From contig JBBSQY010000012.1 of assembly GCA_038243585.1 (NCBI GenBank), positions 12,645 to 76,644 on the forward strand: a stretch of 64,000 bases of DNA, written 5' to 3'. The DNA comes from Candidatus Sumerlaeales bacterium (GTDB lineage: Bacteria > Sumerlaeota > Sumerlaeia > Sumerlaeales > Sumerlaeaceae). Positions 60,586 to 64,000 of this stretch are shown in pieces; positions within the stretch are counted from its first letter, which is position 1; every line of letters begins with the position of its first letter. Under the pieces are notes generated by a model that was not told the origin of the DNA, did not search any database, and was given only the letters and a program-made list of their open reading frames with translations. The position numbers were made by a program, and so were the translations under genes.

Positions 60586-61527
60586 ATGTCGGTACTGGTA
60601 GTGGGCAGCGTAGCCCTTGATAATGTTCGCACGCCTTTTGGCGAAGTTGAAAACGCTTTGGGCGGCAGCTGCTCTTATGTTTCTACGGCCATTTCTTATT
60701 TTTCAAAGCCATCCATTGTCGGCGTCGTCGGCCATGATTTTCCCGCTGAACACATTGAACTTTTTAAGCGCCGGGGCATCGACACACGCGGCCTGGAGAT
60801 CAACAACGCGGGTGAAACCTTTAAATGGCGTGGTTATTACGAGTATGACATGAATCAAGCCCACACCCTTGAAACGGCCCTTAACGTTTTCGCGGATTTT
60901 AATCCGACCGTGCCGGATGAACTGCGCAAATCGCGCTGCGTGATGCTGGGCAATATTGATCCGGAACTGCAGCTTCAGGTGCTCGATCAGCTGGACGGCC
61001 CTGAAATGGTGATGGCCGACACCATGAATTTCTGGATTGAAAGCAAGCGCGACGCTTTGCTGGAAGTCATCAAACGCTGCGATGTGGTTCTGCTGAACGA
61101 CGCAGAAGCGCGCCAGCTTTGCGACACTGTGAGCCTGCAGAAGGCAGCCCGCGAGCTGATGAAAATGGGCACGAAACGGGTGATCATTAAAAAAGGCGAG
61201 CACGGCTGTCTGATGTTCAGCGACAATGAGTATTTCGCTGCGCCGGCGTTTCCGCTGGAAGTCGTAAAAGATCCTACCGGTGCGGGCGATACCTTCGCGG
61301 GTGGCTTTATCGGTTTCCTGTCGAAGCATGAAAATCTGACCGAAGATATCTATCGGCAAGCCGTCATCGTCGGAACAACTATGGCCAGCTTTACGGTTGA
61401 AGAATTTTCTCTAGGCCGCCTGGCCAATCTGACGCCGACTGAAATAACCGACCGGTGCGGTAAGCTGCGTCGCCACACGGAGTTCAAGGACATTGAAATT
61501 GAGGTGCGCGAAGCTGTAGGGGCCTGA
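60586..61527 (+). CDS. PfkB-family carbohydrate kinase
   Basis: VVGSVALD, DTMNFWI, IKKGEHG and DPTGAGDTFAGG motifs. Confidence 0.9.
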   Translation: MSVLVVGSVALDNVRTPFGEVENALGGSCSYVSTAISYFSKPSIVGVVGHDFPAEHIELFKRRGIDTRGLEINNAGETFKWRGYYEYDMNQAHTLETALNVFADFNPTVPDELRKSRCVMLGNIDPELQLQVLDQLDGPEMVMADTMNFWIESKRDALLEVIKRCDVVLLNDAEARQLCDTVSLQKAARELMKMGTKRVIIKKGEHGCLMFSDNEYFAAPAFPLEVVKDPTGAGDTFAGGFIGFLSKHENLTEDIYRQAVIVGTTMASFTVEEFSLGRLANLTPTEITDRCGKLRRHTEFKDIEIEVREAVGA

Positions 61528-61555
61528 CTGGATTAGTTTCAGGATAGAAACATGA

Positions 61556-61581
61556 GGACGGCTCGGCGAGCCGTCCCTACC
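61556..61581 (-). repeat. REP family A perfect copy (GGTAGGGACGGCTCGCCGAGCCGTCC on the minus strand)
   Basis: GTAG plus a GGACGGCTC/GAGCCGTCC palindrome; flanked by gtttcagg/cctgaaac inverted arms. Confidence 0.9.
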
Positions 61582-61644
61582 TGAAACTTTCTAATGCCGT
61601 TCTTTCCCTTGCTTTGCGCCGGCTGGCTTTTCACAGATAAGGCC

Positions 61645-63435
61645 ATGCTTGCTGAACGGGAAACACATCGACCGGAATGGATTTTCCTTGCTGCGCTGAT
61701 TTTCATTAATCTGGCGGCTAAGGGTGCTTTTCTTGGGATCAATACCGGGGAATACACCGATGGTGTGTTGCAGCTGACGGTGTTCTCAACCAAGGCAGGG
61801 CTTTACCCGCCTTTGTATGGGGCGCTGGCTCATGGGCTTTCGTTTGCGGGGTTGTCGCTGGAAACGGCGGGACGGCTTGTCAGTTTGTGTGCGGCGGCGC
61901 TTTGCGTCGTTCCTGTTTACTGGATGGGCCGTCAGCTTGCCGGGGCGGGGGCGGCGCGGCTGGCGGGGCTGCTTTTTACGGTAGCGCCAATGCCGTGGCG
62001 GTGGTCTGTGCGGGTGATGACAGATTCTCTTTTCCTGCTGCTCAGCACACTGGCTATGGTCCTGCTGGTGGGGACCTGCGGGCGTGACCGGCGTTTGGCT
62101 GCCAGATGCCTGGCGGGCGCGGTGGCTGCGGCGGGACTTGCATCGCTTACGCGCTACCAGGGCGTGTTGTTTGCGCCGCTGCTGATTATTGTTCTTGTGA
62201 TGTTTTTCCGGCAATTTAAAAGCGTACCCTGGCTTTCCGTGGTGGCGGGTGGGGTTTGGCTGCTGGTGCCGGCCTGGATGGCTTGGAATGGGTTTGCGCA
62301 CCAGGGGCAGTTTACATCCCGTACCGCGCTAACCCCATTGGCGACAGTGATCGCCTGGTGGAATACCGTGGAAAGTTTTGTGCTGATCAGCCCGTATTAC
62401 TTTGGCTATCCGCTATTTGTGGCGGCGGTTGCTGGATTGTTTTCCTTTGGGCGCGGATCAGCGCAGGGGGGTGATGCTGAAGCGGCTCGAGAAGTCCCGC
62501 TGAAGCGGGCTTTTTGGTGTAGTGGTGATACCCCCCCCCGCATAAATGCGGGGGCAAAGACTGACCGGCTAAAGCCGGTAAATGGCACCGATGGCGTAGA
62601 TGGCCCGAATGGAATGGGTAAGTTGGATGGGTCGGACGGATTGGACTTGCCGGACGACCTGGATAAGGCGCATGGCTTGGTCGACGGAAACTCTTCGCTG
62701 ACGGATGGTTTCGCCGAACCAGTTGGCTTCCACGCCGCTGCATGGCTTTGGAGCGCTTATGCGATTATGCTTCTTGGGCTTCATGCGGCCTTTGGATCTT
62801 TTCAGTATCGTTATATGATGCCGTTGCTGCCGATTGTTGTGGCCCTGGCGGCCGTTGGATTTCTGTGGCTGGAACGGGCTGTTTCCGGCCGACGGTGGAT
62901 ATACTCTGTCGCCCTGATGGCGTCGGTTATTTACCTGGCGTTTTTCAGCCTGGCGGTCGTGGTACTTCAGCGGGAGGCTTTTGGCGACCAGCGCGAGGCC
63001 GCAGCATTTATTAGGGACGGCGTGCCGGCAAACACGCCCATTTACGCGAATGAACGGTATGGCTCGTTTACTAATCTTGGCGCGGTAAAACTGTCGTTCT
63101 GGAGCGGGCGACGGGTTTCCACGCTCCTTTCTCCAGACCAACTATTAGAGCCGGGCTCGGTAGTGGTCCTTGGGACGGCTTATGGGGGCGACGAGGCTGT
63201 GGGGGCATTAATGCAGGCGCTTTCAGAACGGTATACTTTGCAGCCGTTGATGCCGCAGCCGTTTCGATCCCAACTGACTCCCCTGATGGACGACATCATG
63301 ACGGACCCGATGTTTAATCAGAATCCTCTCGGGTGGGTTATGCGTTACTCGCCCCAGTACTTCGCAACGCAACTTTTTGTAGTTCGTCCGAAGAAGAGCG
63401 TGCTTGTGGCCGACGGCGGCACCTATGGCTCATGA
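61645..63435 (+). CDS. GT-C (PMT_2/ArnT-like) membrane glycosyltransferase with an approximately 85-aa insertion
   Basis: EYTDG, YPPLY, MTDSLF, LTRYQG and RYMMPLLP motifs; many TM helices. Confidence 0.75.
   Translation: MLAERETHRPEWIFLAALIFINLAAKGAFLGINTGEYTDGVLQLTVFSTKAGLYPPLYGALAHGLSFAGLSLETAGRLVSLCAAALCVVPVYWMGRQLAGAGAARLAGLLFTVAPMPWRWSVRVMTDSLFLLLSTLAMVLLVGTCGRDRRLAARCLAGAVAAAGLASLTRYQGVLFAPLLIIVLVMFFRQFKSVPWLSVVAGGVWLLVPAWMAWNGFAHQGQFTSRTALTPLATVIAWWNTVESFVLISPYYFGYPLFVAAVAGLFSFGRGSAQGGDAEAAREVPLKRAFWCSGDTPPRINAGAKTDRLKPVNGTDGVDGPNGMGKLDGSDGLDLPDDLDKAHGLVDGNSSLTDGFAEPVGFHAAAWLWSAYAIMLLGLHAAFGSFQYRYMMPLLPIVVALAAVGFLWLERAVSGRRWIYSVALMASVIYLAFFSLAVVVLQREAFGDQREAAAFIRDGVPANTPIYANERYGSFTNLGAVKLSFWSGRRVSTLLSPDQLLEPGSVVVLGTAYGGDEAVGALMQALSERYTLQPLMPQPFRSQLTPLMDDIMTDPMFNQNPLGWVMRYSPQYFATQLFVVRPKKSVLVADGGTYGS
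62493..62679 (+). repeat. Three hairpins plus a 9-bp periodic tract inside the glycosyltransferase ORF
   Basis: cccgc-tgaa-gcggg, cccccgcat-aa-atgcggggg and accggct-aa-agccggt, then about 11 units of (D/N)-G-x-like codon triplets. Confidence 0.7.
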
Positions 63436-64000
63436 AATAAAGTTAAAGCGCCGGCGGGTAGGCAATAATTTAGGCACAGACCCGTCACCTGATCCGGCTG
63501 ATGTACGAGGCCTGTCGGCATGGCTGCTCCTCCCATGGATTGTGGGGGCGATTGCCTTTCTTGTTTACCTGCGCACGATGGTTCCCGGAATGCAGATGGG
63601 CGACGGGACGGAACTGGCCGCCGCGGCACACGTGCTCGGGGTGCCCCACCCAACGGGTTACCCGCTGTATATGTTGCTGTCAAAACTTTGGCTGGTGATA
63701 ACCGTGGCGGGCGATGTCATTGTCCGCGCTACCCTGCTAAACGCTGTTTTAATGGCGGCCACCGTTGGCCTGACCGCACTCATCCTTGCTGATCTTTTAC
63801 GCGCGTTATGGAAAACTGAATCGGAGAAGGCGCTGCTGATATGGGCGGCGGCGGGGGCTTTGACGGCGGCGTTTTTGCGGTTTCACTGGAGCAGCGCCGT
63901 TGTGACAGAGGTTTACGCGCTCCAGTTTTTTCTGACGGTTGCGTTTACCCGGACGGTTCAAAAAATGGATTTTGCGGAGGGCAGATCGCGGCGGCGATGC
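63425..64000 (+). CDS. DUF2723 / TMEM260-like membrane glycosyltransferase (runs off the window)
   Basis: My translation from ATG 63425: ...YLRTMVPG..GDGTELAAAAHVLGVPHPTGYPLY...AVVTEVYAL. Not in the ORF track because no stop falls inside the window. Confidence 0.85.
   Translation, partial: MAHEIKLKRRRVGNNLGTDPSPDPADVRGLSAWLLLPWIVGAIAFLVYLRTMVPGMQMGDGTELAAAAHVLGVPHPTGYPLYMLLSKLWLVITVAGDVIVRATLLNAVLMAATVGLTALILADLLRALWKTESEKALLIWAAAGALTAAFLRFHWSSAVVTEVYALQFFLTVAFTRTVQKMDFAEGRSRRRC

Overview
A gene-dense, mostly housekeeping bacterial chromosome segment with about 40 CDS. I found no rRNA, tRNA, CRISPR array, transposase or integrase. The style resembles Candidatus Sumerlaeota/BRC1, but that is an unverified impression. 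Contents in order: a persulfide-detoxification cluster (ArsR/SqrR-like repressor, DUF442 sulfurtransferase, PDO-rhodanese, TauE), an M23 peptidase, a bacteriophytochrome-diguanylate cyclase, trpD, rfbD, rpsA, mutS, treS, trpC, folC, era, several peptidoglycan-related enzymes, a U32 protein, two paralogous secreted proteins, an RND pump, a CapD-like dehydratase, PolX, NamZ, a PfkB kinase and GT-C membrane glycosyltransferases. Most notable observations: (1) GTAG-type REP/palindromic elements that occur between genes and also in frame inside mutS, the RND adaptor, a U32 protein and a glycosyltransferase; (2) two in-frame stops that replace conserved Trp codons (folC TGA, kelch TAG), both C>T changes at typical 5mC positions; (3) a 12-bp duplication that shifts the register of the phytochrome-GGDEF linker; (4) a shared C-terminal EWMLMQ tail on secreted paralogs; (5) an orphan structured region with a terminator, a candidate sRNA. 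All product calls come from motifs recognised by eye; no database searches were run.
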